The translations under genes were made by a program, and so were the position numbers. Below the pieces are notes generated by a model, which did no database searches, was not told the origin of the DNA, and saw only the letters and a list, made by a program, of their open reading frames with translations. A stretch of 64,000 nucleotides of DNA, taken from contig OY970342.1 of NCBI GenBank assembly GCA_963717505.1, positions 1,952,001-2,016,000 of the forward strand, given 5' to 3'. Positions 17,847-28,323 of the stretch are shown here, in pieces. This DNA comes from Candidatus Eiseniibacteriota bacterium. Its GTDB lineage: Bacteria > Eisenbacteria > RBG-16-71-46. Each line of letters begins with the position of its first letter. The first letter of the stretch is position 1.

Positions 17847-18891
17847 GGCGGCTTCGCTGGACGGATGCCGGGTTCTGGTGACCGGCGGCGCCGGGTTCAT
17901 CGGCTCGAACTTCGCGCACCAGTTCCTGGCCCGGCACCCGTCGAGCCACGTGGTGGTGCTCGACGCCCTGACCTACGCCGGGCGGAAGGAGAATCTGGAG
18001 GGCGTCGCGGCCGCGCGGCTGACGTTCGTCCACGGCGACATCCGCCACCCGGATGACGTCGCGCGCGCGATGGCCGGCTGTGACTACGTCCTCAACTTCG
18101 CCGCCGAGTCCCACGTCGATCGCTCGATCGAGCAGCCGGGGGAGTTCATCCAGACCGATGTCTTCGGCGTGTTCGTCCTGTGCGAGGAGGCCCGCCGCCG
18201 CAAGGTGCGGCGCTTCATCCAGGTCTCGACCGACGAGGTCTACGGAGAGGTGCTCGAAGGCCACGCCACCGAGGATTGGGCGCTGAACCCGCGCAGCCCA
18301 TACGCCGCGAGCAAGGCGGGTGGCGACCGGCTGGCCTACGCCTACGGCGCGACCTACGGCCTGCCGGTGGTGATCACGCGCTGCGCCAACAACTACGGGC
18401 CGCGCCAGTATCCGGAAAAGCTGATTCCGCTGTTCGTGACCAACGCACTCGACGACGAGCCGTTGCCGGTGTACGGCACCGGACTCAACCGGCGGGACTG
18501 GATCCATGTCGACGACCACTGCGCCGCGCTCGAACTGTTGCTCGCGCATCCGGGCATCGAGGGCGAGACGTTCAACATCGGCGCGCAACAGGAGCTGGAC
18601 GTGCTGGCGATCACCGACACGATTCTCACGCTGCTCGACAAGCCGCGAACTCTGATTCGTCACGTGGAAGACCGCCCCGGCCACGACCGCCGCTATGCGG
18701 TGGACAGTGCCAAGCTCACGCGGCTGACCGGATGGCGTCCGGCGACCGCGTTCGACGACGGCATCCGGCGCACGGTCGACTGGTACCGGAAGAACGAGTC
18801 TTGGTGGCGGCCGATCAAGGAAGGCGAGTTCCGCGCCTACTACGAGCGGATGTACGGGCAGCGTCGAGTGCTCAAGGAGGTTCGGGCGTGA
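17839..18891 (+). CDS. rmlB: dTDP-glucose 4,6-dehydratase
   Basis: TGGAGFIGSNF, DALTYAG, NFAAESHVDRSI, STDEVYG, SPYAASKA, NNYGPRQYPEKLIP, DRPGHDRRY. Confidence 0.95.
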   Translation: MAEAASLDGCRVLVTGGAGFIGSNFAHQFLARHPSSHVVVLDALTYAGRKENLEGVAAARLTFVHGDIRHPDDVARAMAGCDYVLNFAAESHVDRSIEQPGEFIQTDVFGVFVLCEEARRRKVRRFIQVSTDEVYGEVLEGHATEDWALNPRSPYAASKAGGDRLAYAYGATYGLPVVITRCANNYGPRQYPEKLIPLFVTNALDDEPLPVYGTGLNRRDWIHVDDHCAALELLLAHPGIEGETFNIGAQQELDVLAITDTILTLLDKPRTLIRHVEDRPGHDRRYAVDSAKLTRLTGWRPATAFDDGIRRTVDWYRKNESWWRPIKEGEFRAYYERMYGQRRVLKEVRA

Positions 18892-20525
18892 ACCGTCGGC
18901 CGGGAATTTCGAGGAGCATTGCCGGCAGCTGGCTGGCCGCCGTCCTGTTGGCGGGGTTCGCCGCGACCGCGACCGCCCAGATGATGGACCTGGACCGTCC
19001 GGCGGGGGAATCGCCATCGCTCGAAGAAACCGAGAAGCTCCGCCGCGACGAGATGCGGCGCCGGCTCGGCGGATCAACGACCGAGGCTATGCGGCTACCG
19101 GGAGCGATCGACCCCGCGGGCTATCGCGTCGGCGCGGGCGACCTGCTCCAGCTCACCTTGTGGGGCGGCGTGTCGCGCACCATCCCGATGGAAGTGAATC
19201 CTGAGGGGACGGTGCAGCTGCCGACCACCGGGCCGATGCATGTCGAGGGCAAGCTGCTGGGCGAGGTTCGCAAAGAAATCCTGGCCCGACTGCGACCGGA
19301 ATTCCGGGGCGTCAACATGGACCTGCAGCTGGTCCGCCCGCGCCGCTTCGTGGCCTACATGACCGGGCAGGTGCGCTTTCCGGGCACGGTCGACGCCAAC
19401 GGCGCCTCCCGCGCCGGCGACCTGGTGCTGGCCGCCGAGCCGCTGGCGGATGCGTCGCTGCGCAACATCGAGCTGATCCATCGCGACGGCTCGCGCGAGA
19501 TCGCGGATCTCGATCTATTCCTGCGCACGGCGAGTCAGTCGCTCAACCCCTGGCTGCGCGACGGCGACGTGATCCACGTGCCGACCCGGACGCGCCTGAT
19601 CCACCTTCAGGGCGCCGTGGCCCAGCCGGGGGACTTCGAGTTGGGGTCCGACGACAGCCTCAGGACCCTGGTGGCATTGGGCGGCGGGCTCCTGCCGTCG
19701 GCCGACACGACGCGCGCACTGATGATCCGCTGGGTGGACCACGCGCGCACCGAGTCGGTCTGGGTCCACGTGCCGGACATGACCTCCGGGCGGTACAATC
19801 CGCCCCTGCGCGGCGGCGATCGGCTCTACGTCTACTTCATCCCGCGCTATCAGGAGCACCACGAAGCGTCGGTCACCGGTGAGATCTTGCGGCCGGGCGT
19901 GTATCCGATCCGCGTCGGACGCGATCGCATCTCGGACGTGGTTCGTGCCGCGGGCGGGTTCCTGCCCGGCGCCGACCTGGCCTCGGTGCGGGTGCGACGC
20001 GTTGGGCCCACGGCCGGCCAGGAGGATCCCGAGTTGCAGCGGCTGCTGCGCCTGTCGCGGCGTGACCTGACCAATTCGGAGTACGACGTGCTACAAACCA
20101 AGCTCGCGAGTCTGCGCGAGGAATATCGGATCGACTGGAACCGCTTGCAGATCGATCCGGCGCTCGACGTGTTGATGGTCGGCGGCGACGAGGTCCTGGT
20201 CGATCGACTGGTGTCGTCGATTCGGGTCGACGGCCAGGTGCGGCGGCCCGGGATCCTGACGTTCACCCCCGGACTCGAGATCCAGGACTACGTGACACTC
20301 GCCGGCGGCTACTCGGATCGTGCCTGGCGGAGCAAGATCCGCGTGACGCGCTCGGTGACCGGGCAGACCTTCTACGCCAAGGACGTGTCGCGGCTCGATC
20401 CGGGTGATTTCATCTGGGTGCCGGAGAAACCGGACGTGACCTTCTGGGACCAGACGCGCGTGATCCTGACGGCGGCGGCCGAGATCGCGACCGTCATCCT
20501 GGCATTCGAGGCGGTGACCCAATGA
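18888..20525 (+). CDS. Polysaccharide export protein with multiple SLBB domains (Wza/KpsD-like)
   Basis: Signal peptide; YRVGAGDLLQLTLWG poly_export motif; repeated GxVxxPG...AGG SLBB units; PGDFIWVPEK. Confidence 0.85.
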   Translation: MNRRPGISRSIAGSWLAAVLLAGFAATATAQMMDLDRPAGESPSLEETEKLRRDEMRRRLGGSTTEAMRLPGAIDPAGYRVGAGDLLQLTLWGGVSRTIPMEVNPEGTVQLPTTGPMHVEGKLLGEVRKEILARLRPEFRGVNMDLQLVRPRRFVAYMTGQVRFPGTVDANGASRAGDLVLAAEPLADASLRNIELIHRDGSREIADLDLFLRTASQSLNPWLRDGDVIHVPTRTRLIHLQGAVAQPGDFELGSDDSLRTLVALGGGLLPSADTTRALMIRWVDHARTESVWVHVPDMTSGRYNPPLRGGDRLYVYFIPRYQEHHEASVTGEILRPGVYPIRVGRDRISDVVRAAGGFLPGADLASVRVRRVGPTAGQEDPELQRLLRLSRRDLTNSEYDVLQTKLASLREEYRIDWNRLQIDPALDVLMVGGDEVLVDRLVSSIRVDGQVRRPGILTFTPGLEIQDYVTLAGGYSDRAWRSKIRVTRSVTGQTFYAKDVSRLDPGDFIWVPEKPDVTFWDQTRVILTAAAEIATVILAFEAVTQ

Positions 20526-21622
20526 TGTCCGCGGTTCCCAATCCGGTTCCTTCGCAGCCCCCGGTGCGCGAGTTCGATTTCGGTCGCCTGATCACCCGGG
20601 CGTGGGAAGAGCGCTTCCGGCTGATCGGGGTGTCGCTGGCGGCCGGCCTGCTGGCGCTCGCCATCGGGTTCCTGTTCCCGCGCTGGTACGAGGCGACCGC
20701 GACCATCCTGCCGCCCGAAGATTCCGATCTGTTCTCGAACCTGATGCTCGGCCAGCGCGCGCTCACCAAGTTCCCCGCGTTCGGCGCGCTCGGCGACTAT
20801 TTCACGCCCGCCGACGTGTTCAAGGCGATCTTGAAGAGCCGTCACGTGCAGGACCGGATCATCGATCGGTTCGAGCTGCAGAAGGTCTACAAGCAGAAGA
20901 GCCGCGAGAAGACCCGCAAGGCACTGCGCAGCCTGTACACGGTGGAGCTGGCGCCCGAGGGCACGATCACCGTGTCGATCGAGGACAAGGACCCCAAGCG
21001 CGCCGCGGCCATGGCGATGGCCTTCCTCGAGGAGCTCGACCACTACAACATCAAGAACAAGAACTCGCGCGCCAAGCGCACACGCGAGTTCCTCGAGCAG
21101 CGCGTGCGCGACACCGACTCGCTGCTCCTGGTCTCCGAGCATCGCCTGCGCGTCTATCAGGAATCCAAGCACACCGTGGTGCCGACCAACGTGCAATCGG
21201 CCGATATCCAGTCGGGCTCCGACCTGATGTCGCGCAAGATTGCGCTCGAGGTCCGGCTCGGCGTCCTGCGGACGTACCTGACCGAGGACAGCGATGAGAT
21301 CCGGCAGACCGAGACCGAGCTGAAAGAGCTCAAGAGCCAGATCGCGACCCTGCCGGAGTTGCAGAGCGACATCATGCGCATGGTGCGCGACCAGAAGATC
21401 CAGGAGCAGGTATTCGTCCTGCTCACCGCCGAGCTCGAACAGGCGCGCATCCGGGAGACGATGGACACGCCGACGGTCGCGGTCCTCGACCGGGCGGTGG
21501 TGCCGGAGCGGCACACGCGGCCCAAGCGGGCCACGATCGCGATCATCGCGACCCTGCTCACGGGGGCGGGCTGCCTGGTCTATCTCGCCTTCCTGGAACG
21601 ATCCGCGATCACTCGCGGCTGA
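20522..21622 (+). CDS. Wzz/GNVR-type polysaccharide co-polymerase
   Basis: Two terminal TM helices, YEATATILPP, coiled-coil middle, VLDRAVVPERHTRPKR. Confidence 0.85.
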   Translation: MMSAVPNPVPSQPPVREFDFGRLITRAWEERFRLIGVSLAAGLLALAIGFLFPRWYEATATILPPEDSDLFSNLMLGQRALTKFPAFGALGDYFTPADVFKAILKSRHVQDRIIDRFELQKVYKQKSREKTRKALRSLYTVELAPEGTITVSIEDKDPKRAAAMAMAFLEELDHYNIKNKNSRAKRTREFLEQRVRDTDSLLLVSEHRLRVYQESKHTVVPTNVQSADIQSGSDLMSRKIALEVRLGVLRTYLTEDSDEIRQTETELKELKSQIATLPELQSDIMRMVRDQKIQEQVFVLLTAELEQARIRETMDTPTVAVLDRAVVPERHTRPKRATIAIIATLLTGAGCLVYLAFLERSAITRG

Positions 21623-21624
21623 CG

Positions 21625-23256
21625 ATGCCGGTCCCCGAGGCCGGCGCGGAAGCGCGCGGCCGAGTCGCAGGGACGGAACCCAACGGCAGCCGGACCCCGG
21701 ACGGGCTCGGCACCACGATCGTCCGCAACGCGGTGTTCACAGTCGGCGGACGAATGTTCCTGCTCCTCGCGTGGGCCGCCGTCACGCCCTACATGCTCGG
21801 GGTGCTCGGCGACGAGCGCTTCGCGATCTGGGCCCTGTTTTTCGCGATCTCCGGCTACTTCATCGCCTTCGATCTCGGCGTCTCCCAGGCGCTGGTCAAG
21901 TTCGTCGCGCAACACACCGCGGCCGGGGACGCGCGAGCGCTCCGCGGCATGGTCACCCTGGGTTCGCTGCTCTATCTGGGATTGACCGCACCAGTGGTCG
22001 CCGGCCTGGCGCTGTTCCGCGAGCGTCTGCTCGACGCGGTCCACACGCCGGTCCCCCTGCGCGCCGAGGCCGGATGGTGCCTGGTGGCGATGGGCATCGT
22101 GCTCGGCGCGAGCAACCTGGTCGGCGTGATGACCGCCGTGCTCACCGGACGACAGCGGATGGACGTGACCAACCGCATTCTGGTGCTGGGCACGGTGCTG
22201 CAGGTGGGTGGCGGCCTGGTGGCGCTGGCGAACGGCTGGGGAATCCGCGGACTCGTCCTGTCCTATGGCGCAGGAGTCGCGGTGATGGGGGTGATCTCGT
22301 GGCTCGCGGTTCGGCGCGTCGCACCCGAAGTCGGCATCGACCTCGGGAGTCTGCGGCGCGAGCAGATCGGCGAGCTGCTGCACTTCAGCGCCGCCCTCCA
22401 GGTCACGAACCTCGGCACGTTCCTCCAGCTCCAGCTGCCCAAGTTCCTGCTCGCGCATTTTGCTTCGTTGGCGATGGTCGCGCGCTACGAGCTGGCGCTC
22501 CGTCTCGCGCTCGCCGCGTGGGCGATCCCGGTTCTGCTTCTCCAGCCGCTGGTTCCGGCGATGTCGCACCTGGGTTCGCTCGCCGACCACGACCGGATTC
22601 TTCGGCTTTACGCGCGGTCGTCGCGCTACGTCGCGGCGGTGTCGTTTCCGATCGCGGGCTTCGTGCTGGCCTCCGCACCCGCGCTGGTGACCGCGTGGCT
22701 CGGCCCCGGCTACCCGGAAGCCGCGTGGGGTGCCGCCGGATTGATAGGTTTCCTGTTGATCTCGATCCTGGGTGGCGTGGCGGCGACCGTGTGCCGCGGG
22801 ATCGGCATGCCGTGGCTCGAGGCGCGGTTTCACGTGCTCGGCGGCGTGTTGCTGGTCGGCGCCAGCCTGGCGCTGGTTCCACGCTGGGGGCTGGCCGGGG
22901 CGCTCGTAGCACTCGGATTCTCGGGCGCGATCATGGTCGCTCTGTTCCTCTGGCGATTCCACGCGCGGATCGGGCAGCCGCTGCTCGACTGGGTGCGCGA
23001 GGCGCTGGCCGTGCCGTTCGCCGCCTCGGCGGTCGCTACGGCACTCGCGATCCTGTGGCGCGGGGGTTTCTCGGTCTCACCCGCGGGCCGATGGGCATCG
23101 CTGGCCGAGATCGGCCGCACCGCGGCCGTGTTCGCGGTGGTGGTCGGCGCCGCCTATTTGGCCACTCGTTTCGTGACGGTGGCGGAACTCCGCGACGTGA
23201 CCCGCGGCGCCCCGCTCGCACGATCGGGACCCGACAGCGCGCTAGACGGGCGCTGA
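21625..23256 (+). CDS. Wzx-type polysaccharide flippase
   Basis: IVRNAVF, LGDERFAIWAL, FDLGVSQALVKFVA; many TM segments. Confidence 0.85.
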   Translation: MPVPEAGAEARGRVAGTEPNGSRTPDGLGTTIVRNAVFTVGGRMFLLLAWAAVTPYMLGVLGDERFAIWALFFAISGYFIAFDLGVSQALVKFVAQHTAAGDARALRGMVTLGSLLYLGLTAPVVAGLALFRERLLDAVHTPVPLRAEAGWCLVAMGIVLGASNLVGVMTAVLTGRQRMDVTNRILVLGTVLQVGGGLVALANGWGIRGLVLSYGAGVAVMGVISWLAVRRVAPEVGIDLGSLRREQIGELLHFSAALQVTNLGTFLQLQLPKFLLAHFASLAMVARYELALRLALAAWAIPVLLLQPLVPAMSHLGSLADHDRILRLYARSSRYVAAVSFPIAGFVLASAPALVTAWLGPGYPEAAWGAAGLIGFLLISILGGVAATVCRGIGMPWLEARFHVLGGVLLVGASLALVPRWGLAGALVALGFSGAIMVALFLWRFHARIGQPLLDWVREALAVPFAASAVATALAILWRGGFSVSPAGRWASLAEIGRTAAVFAVVVGAAYLATRFVTVAELRDVTRGAPLARSGPDSALDGR

Positions 23257-24657
23257 GCTGGCGGGCTGTGGGGCGGGAAGTCCCAGTGACGTGGGCACGG
23301 TCTTCGCCTTGGGCTGGTACGGAACCAGCTTCCCGGTGTGCCGGTCCATCAGGCCCAGATAGAGGCCGATCAGCCAGTACCAAGTGAAGTGGTACTGCAG
23401 TCCGGGCAGCGTCGGCTCGAACAGGCAGTTGAGCTGGGCGATCCAGAACGTGAGCTGGATCGCCTGGCCTTGGGCCTTGGTCTCCGGGTTCTTCACCATG
23501 CGCATGATGCGCCGGTAGAGCACGACCAGGATCGAGATCCACAACACGATCCCGATCAGCCCCAGCTCGCTGCCGATCATCAGCCACCAGTTGTGCGGAT
23601 CCTCCTTGAACAGGCGATCCATGTAGCCGAATCCCTGTCCGTGGCCCATGCCCAGTGGCCAATGATCGCGCAGCCGGTACCAGGTCTCGCGGAAGTACAT
23701 CAGCCGGATCACCACGCTCAGCATGTCGCGCACGTCGGTGAATCGCGCGAGCAGCAGCTCCGCCCCCGGGCCGGCCAGCATCAGTGCGAGCAGGATCGGC
23801 GCGGTGACGTAGGGAATCCAGCTCTTGATCCGCGCGCGGAACAGCATGAACAGGATGATGCCGAGCACCATGACTGCGCCGCCGCGCGAGGCGGCGACCG
23901 CGATCAGAATCACCGAGAGCGGTGCCGCGATCCAGCCGAGCAGCCGCGTCGGGCCCTTGCCGGCGATCGCGAGATACATGCAGGTCGGCAGCATCAGCGT
24001 CAGGATCGAAGCGATGAAGTTGGAATCGCCCCATCCCAGCGTGGTCGCGGTGCGCCGCATGTAGGTCTGGTGCACCGATCCGAACCAGCCGACCGAATAG
24101 GCTCGGACGAGCGAGGCCAGTGCCAACGCACAGGTCCCGGCCGCGACCCCGATCATCATCAGCGTCGGGCTCACGAAGTGGGGCAGGCGCCAGGCCACCC
24201 ACAAGGCCAAAGCCCCGATCAGTAGCCGGCGCGCGCAGAACAGCCACCACCACCAGTCCCGAATCCAGAAGATGGTGAACGCGCCCCACAGGAAGAACAG
24301 CCAGACCAGGATCTCGAGCTTGTCCAGCTTGCCGATCCACGGCTCGCGGCGCGTCCAGGCCCAGAACCAGATGCCGCCGGCGAGCAGCAGCACCGTGACC
24401 TCGTAGGCGAACACCTTGACGAACTGGGGCGGCACCAGCAGCACCGGTACGAACGCCAGCGACTGGATCGGCCAGCGCCGGATCGCGGCCAGCACGAAGA
24501 AGCCCCCGGCCAGACCGACCATGATCAGGCGGACGAGACTCGTGCTGCTGAGCGCCAGCAGGGTCCAGGCGACGACCACCGCGCCGATCAGGAGGAAGGG
24601 CAGGAGCGGCGACTTGCCGGACGCAGGGCGATCGATCGCAGGAGCGCCGGCGGTCAT
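23242..24657 (-). CDS. O-antigen ligase/polymerase (Wzy_C) family membrane protein
   Basis: Polytopic; DSNFIA, ASRGG, HWPLGMGHG, DPHNWWLMIGSELGLIG; ATG 24657 overlaps the upstream GT2 stop. Confidence 0.8.
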   Translation of the reverse strand: MTAGAPAIDRPASGKSPLLPFLLIGAVVVAWTLLALSSTSLVRLIMVGLAGGFFVLAAIRRWPIQSLAFVPVLLVPPQFVKVFAYEVTVLLLAGGIWFWAWTRREPWIGKLDKLEILVWLFFLWGAFTIFWIRDWWWWLFCARRLLIGALALWVAWRLPHFVSPTLMMIGVAAGTCALALASLVRAYSVGWFGSVHQTYMRRTATTLGWGDSNFIASILTLMLPTCMYLAIAGKGPTRLLGWIAAPLSVILIAVAASRGGAVMVLGIILFMLFRARIKSWIPYVTAPILLALMLAGPGAELLLARFTDVRDMLSVVIRLMYFRETWYRLRDHWPLGMGHGQGFGYMDRLFKEDPHNWWLMIGSELGLIGIVLWISILVVLYRRIMRMVKNPETKAQGQAIQLTFWIAQLNCLFEPTLPGLQYHFTWYWLIGLYLGLMDRHTGKLVPYQPKAKTVPTSLGLPAPQPASSAPV

Positions 24658-25670
24658 CGTGCCTCCTCGAGCACCGCGACCCCGGTGCCGGGCGGCAACG
24701 GCGCGACCGGCACCGGACTCTCGAGCCGGCCGCCCGCGCGCAGCTTGCGACGGCGTGCCAGACTGTCGAGCAGGCCGCGCAGCGAGGCGGCGAACGCCAG
24801 GCGGCGTTCGCGGAACAGTTTCATGCACTGGCTCGCGACGTCGGCGTAGCCGCGGCGGCGCAGGCGGGCGTAACTGCCGAGCAGGTAGCCGCCGACATGC
24901 GCGCGCACGTAGGCGGCCAGTCCGCGGCGCTCGAGCAAGTCGCGATAGCGGACGAAATGGTCGCTGAACTCGCGGATGTGGCGCGGGTCGCGGAAGATCT
25001 TCTCGTTCTCCTGGCCGGTGTGGATCAGCACCTCGCAGCCCACGGTGTCGAGAATCGCGAGTCCACCGCGCTCGAGCATCGCCAGGTAGAGCTTGACGTC
25101 GGCGGCGAAGCCGAGCGATTCGTCCATCAGGCCCGCGGCGCGGGCGGCGTCGGCGCGCACCAGGATTCCCGACGGATAGTTGAACGGATTGGTGTAGAAC
25201 GTGGCGAACGCCCACAGCACGGCGGCGATCGCATCCTCGCGGGCGTAGATCCCGGCCGGCAGGTTGCTGCCGAGCGCGAAGCTGCCGCCCTGACGTTCGT
25301 CGAGCGCACGGCCGCGCGACGAGACCATGACCACTTCCGGGTGCGCGTCGAGCACCCGCCGTGCCGGCGCCAGAAAACCGTCCTCGAGCGCGTCGTCCGA
25401 GCACAACGTCATCACGTAGGGGGCGCGCGCCAGGCTCAGGCAACGGTTGAAGTTGCCGAACAGGCCGACATTCCGGTCGTTGCGCACCAGGCGCAGGCGC
25501 GGGTCGCGGTATTCGTGGAGGACGTCCCAGGTCCGGTCGGTCGAGGCGTTGTCGACCACCAGAATCTCGAGATCGGACTCCGGCTGGCGCAGCGCGGATT
25601 CGAGCGCCTTGCGCACCAGGACTTCGCGCTCGAACACCGGAATCCCGATGGTGACCGCCGGCGAGTTCAT
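24654..25670 (-). CDS. Glycosyltransferase family 2
   Basis: VTIGIPVFER, VVDNASTDRT, NVGLFGNFNRCL, LCSDD. Confidence 0.88.
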   Translation of the reverse strand: MNSPAVTIGIPVFEREVLVRKALESALRQPESDLEILVVDNASTDRTWDVLHEYRDPRLRLVRNDRNVGLFGNFNRCLSLARAPYVMTLCSDDALEDGFLAPARRVLDAHPEVVMVSSRGRALDERQGGSFALGSNLPAGIYAREDAIAAVLWAFATFYTNPFNYPSGILVRADAARAAGLMDESLGFAADVKLYLAMLERGGLAILDTVGCEVLIHTGQENEKIFRDPRHIREFSDHFVRYRDLLERRGLAAYVRAHVGGYLLGSYARLRRRGYADVASQCMKLFRERRLAFAASLRGLLDSLARRRKLRAGGRLESPVPVAPLPPGTGVAVLEEAR

Positions 25671-25699
25671 GCTCAGACCTGCCTCCACCGTCCCGGGCG

Positions 25700-26620
25700 C
25701 TAGCCTTTGGCCACCGCCGCCCGGCGCGACGCGATGGTGTCGGCGAGTCCGGAACGCAGGTCGTGGCGCGGCGCCCAGCCGGTGCCTCCGACCAGCTTGC
25801 GGTTGTTGGCGCAGATGAAAGGCGGGTCGGTCGGGTTGTCGGGTCGCGCGCCGAACTTCACGCGCTCGCCGGCGCCGATCAGCTCGGCGATGGTGGCGAC
25901 GATCTGTCGTACGGTGACCGGTTGCCCCGAGCCGATGTTGACCACGCCGTCGAGCGTGCTGGTCGCCGCCGCGGCGATCGCCGACCCGACGTCGGCGACG
26001 TGGAGGAAGTCGCGCACCTGGCCGCCGCGGGTGACCGCCGCCTCCTCGCCGCGCAGCAGCGTATCGATGACGTACGGCACCAGGCGTCGCCCGTCTTCGA
26101 ACGGACCGTACTGATAGAAGGGCCGCACCCAGCAGAAGCCGAGCTGGCGGCTGCGCGCGAGCTGCTCGCACAGCAACCGGGTCGAAGCCTTGGCCGCCGC
26201 GTACAGGCTCTGCGGCCGGATCGGCGAGGACTCGGACAGATAGCCGGGGTCGAAGTCGTACTCGAAGCACGATCCGACGAACGTCGCGCGCGGCACGCCG
26301 GCGTCGGCCAGCGCGTCGAGCAGGCTCAAAGAGCCCTGGACGCATTCGAGATTCTCGCGGGCCTCGAGGTACTTGCCGGGAACCGCGTACCAGGCGGTGT
26401 GCACACACAGATCGACGCCCGCGCACAGCGCACGGCGGTCGAGGCGCGGATCGCCGAAGACGTCGGCGGTCACCCACTCGATGCCGTCGGCGAATCCATC
26501 GAGACGCTCGCGGCTGCTGCCCTTGCGCGCGGTTGCGCGTACCGTGTGCCCGGATTCGATCAGGGCGCGAGCGACCCATGCGCCGATGAAGCCGGTGGCG
26601 CCGGTGACCAGAATGTTCAT
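25700..26620 (-). CDS. NAD-dependent epimerase/reductase, CDP-sugar 4-reductase (RfbJ/paratose synthase)-like
   Basis: TGATGFIG, HTAW, GSCFEY, YAAAK, RPFYQYGP, RDFLHVADV. Confidence 0.75.
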   Translation of the reverse strand: MNILVTGATGFIGAWVARALIESGHTVRATARKGSSRERLDGFADGIEWVTADVFGDPRLDRRALCAGVDLCVHTAWYAVPGKYLEARENLECVQGSLSLLDALADAGVPRATFVGSCFEYDFDPGYLSESSPIRPQSLYAAAKASTRLLCEQLARSRQLGFCWVRPFYQYGPFEDGRRLVPYVIDTLLRGEEAAVTRGGQVRDFLHVADVGSAIAAAATSTLDGVVNIGSGQPVTVRQIVATIAELIGAGERVKFGARPDNPTDPPFICANNRKLVGGTGWAPRHDLRSGLADTIASRRAAVAKG

Positions 26621-26707
26621 GATGAGCGCTCGATTCCTAATTTCATGACCGCTCGATTCCTCGCGGTTCCATGCTCACGACACGTTGTCGGTCTGCTCAC
26701 GACACGT
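26616..26707. repeat. Two adjacent short direct duplications
   Basis: CGCTCGATTCCT at 26627-26638 and 26650-26661 (each preceded by TTCATGA); TGCTCACGACACGT at 26672-26685 and 26694-26707. Confidence 0.8.
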
Positions 26708-27227
26708 AGTCCGGGTGCACGGCGTCCTTGGGCGACAGGATCGGCTCGGGGATCGGCCACTGGATGTTGAAACGCAGATCGTTCCACCGGATGCCGGCCT
26801 CGTGGGTCGGCGTGTAGTACTCGGTCACCAGGTAGAGCGCCTCGCTGTGGTCGGTCAGCGCCTGGTAGCCGTGGGCGAAGCCCTTGGGCACGTACATCAT
26901 GCGGCGGTTCTCAGCCGACAGCTCAGCGGCGAACCACTTGCCGAAGGTCGGCGAGTCCGGCCGGATGTCCAGGATCACGTCGTGGATCGCCCCCGCGATG
27001 CAGCGGATCATCTTGTCCTCGGCGTGCGGTGCGCGCTGGAAGTGCATGCCGCGCAGGGTTCCTTTCTTCACGTTGTACGACAGGTTGCCCTGCGCGATCG
27101 TGCTGTCGAGGCCGTGAGCACCCAGCTCGTGCCGGCAGAACGCGCGGCCGAAGAAGCCCCGGTCGTCGGAGCGCTTCTCGAGATCGATGACGAAGGCGCC
27201 TTTGAGCGGCGTCTCGGTGAAGATCAT
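26697..27227 (-). CDS. rfbC: NDP-4-keto-6-deoxyhexose 3,5-epimerase (RmlC/RfbC family)
   Basis: DDRGFFGR, GTLRGMHFQ, DIRPDSPTF, YVPKGFAHGY, GIRWND. Confidence 0.88.
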   Translation of the reverse strand: MIFTETPLKGAFVIDLEKRSDDRGFFGRAFCRHELGAHGLDSTIAQGNLSYNVKKGTLRGMHFQRAPHAEDKMIRCIAGAIHDVILDIRPDSPTFGKWFAAELSAENRRMMYVPKGFAHGYQALTDHSEALYLVTEYYTPTHEAGIRWNDLRFNIQWPIPEPILSPKDAVHPDYVS

Positions 27228-27270
27228 GTTCCTGCCCCCGGGGTGTACGTGCGGCGCGCGCCGCGAAAGG

Positions 27271-28302
27271 TCAGCGCACCCACGTCAGTTCCTCGGTCAG
27301 TCGGCGCTCGCGCATCAGGTGCAGCAGCTGCTTCAAGCGCGTGAACTCGCGGCCGTCGAAACGATCGTAATCGAGCTGGAACTCGCGAAACGCCTCGTAC
27401 AGCTCGTGGATGCCCTTCTCGACCGACCACTGCGGCTGGAACTCGGGCAACTGGCGCCGGACCTTGGCGAAGCTGACGTTGTAGTTGCGCGAGTCGGCCG
27501 AGACGCCTTCGGCGAAGGTCACGACGCTGTCGGGCACCACCTTGGCCACGGCCTCGGCGATGTCGCGGATCTGCCAGTTGTCCTCTTCACGGCCGATGTT
27601 GAACGCCTGGTTGTGGATGCGTTCGCGCTCCGCGGTCAGCGCGGCGATCACCGCGCGGCTCATGTCCTGGATGTGGACCAGCGGGCGCCAGGCGCGGCCG
27701 TCGCTCAATAACGTGACCTTGCCGGTGGTCACCGCCCAGGCGACCAGGTTGTTGACCACCAGGTCGACGCGCAGGCGCGGCGAGAAGCCGTACGCCGTGC
27801 CGTTGCGCAGGTAGACGGGAGAGAAGTCGTCGTCGGCGAGTGCGGCGAGTGCGGCTTCAGTGCCGACTTTGGAGCGCGCGTAAGCGGTGAGCGGGTTGAA
27901 CGCCGAGTCCTCGTCGAGTGCCCCACTCGCCCCCGATCCGTAGATGCTGCACGACGAGGCGAACACGAACCGGCGCACGCCGGCGGCCTTGGCCATCTCG
28001 GCCAGGCGCACCGAGGCGGTGAGGTTGATGTTCTCGGTCAGCCGCGGATTCAGCTCGCCCATCGGATCGTTGGACAAGGCACCCAGGTGGACGATCGCAT
28101 CCGCGCCGTCCAGGTCGCTCGGCTCGATGTCGCGCAGGTCGCGCTGGATCTGATGAGCGACTCCGGTGCGATCGATCGGCCCGAGCAGGCAGTCCCGATA
28201 GAAGCCGGTGTCGATGCCCCAGACTTCGAAGTCGTGCTCGCTGAGCATCGGGGTCATCACCGTGCCCACGTATCCGAGGTTGCCGGTCACCACCACGCGC
28301 AT
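27271..28302 (-). CDS. NAD-dependent epimerase/dehydratase (extended SDR)
   Basis: TGNLGYVG, HLGALSNDP, ASSCSIYG, TAYARSK, RVDLVVN, WRPLVH. Confidence 0.85.
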   Translation of the reverse strand: MRVVVTGNLGYVGTVMTPMLSEHDFEVWGIDTGFYRDCLLGPIDRTGVAHQIQRDLRDIEPSDLDGADAIVHLGALSNDPMGELNPRLTENINLTASVRLAEMAKAAGVRRFVFASSCSIYGSGASGALDEDSAFNPLTAYARSKVGTEAALAALADDDFSPVYLRNGTAYGFSPRLRVDLVVNNLVAWAVTTGKVTLLSDGRAWRPLVHIQDMSRAVIAALTAERERIHNQAFNIGREEDNWQIRDIAEAVAKVVPDSVVTFAEGVSADSRNYNVSFAKVRRQLPEFQPQWSVEKGIHELYEAFREFQLDYDRFDGREFTRLKQLLHLMRERRLTEELTWVR

Positions 28303-28323
28303 GGGGTCGAGTCGCTCCTGGGT

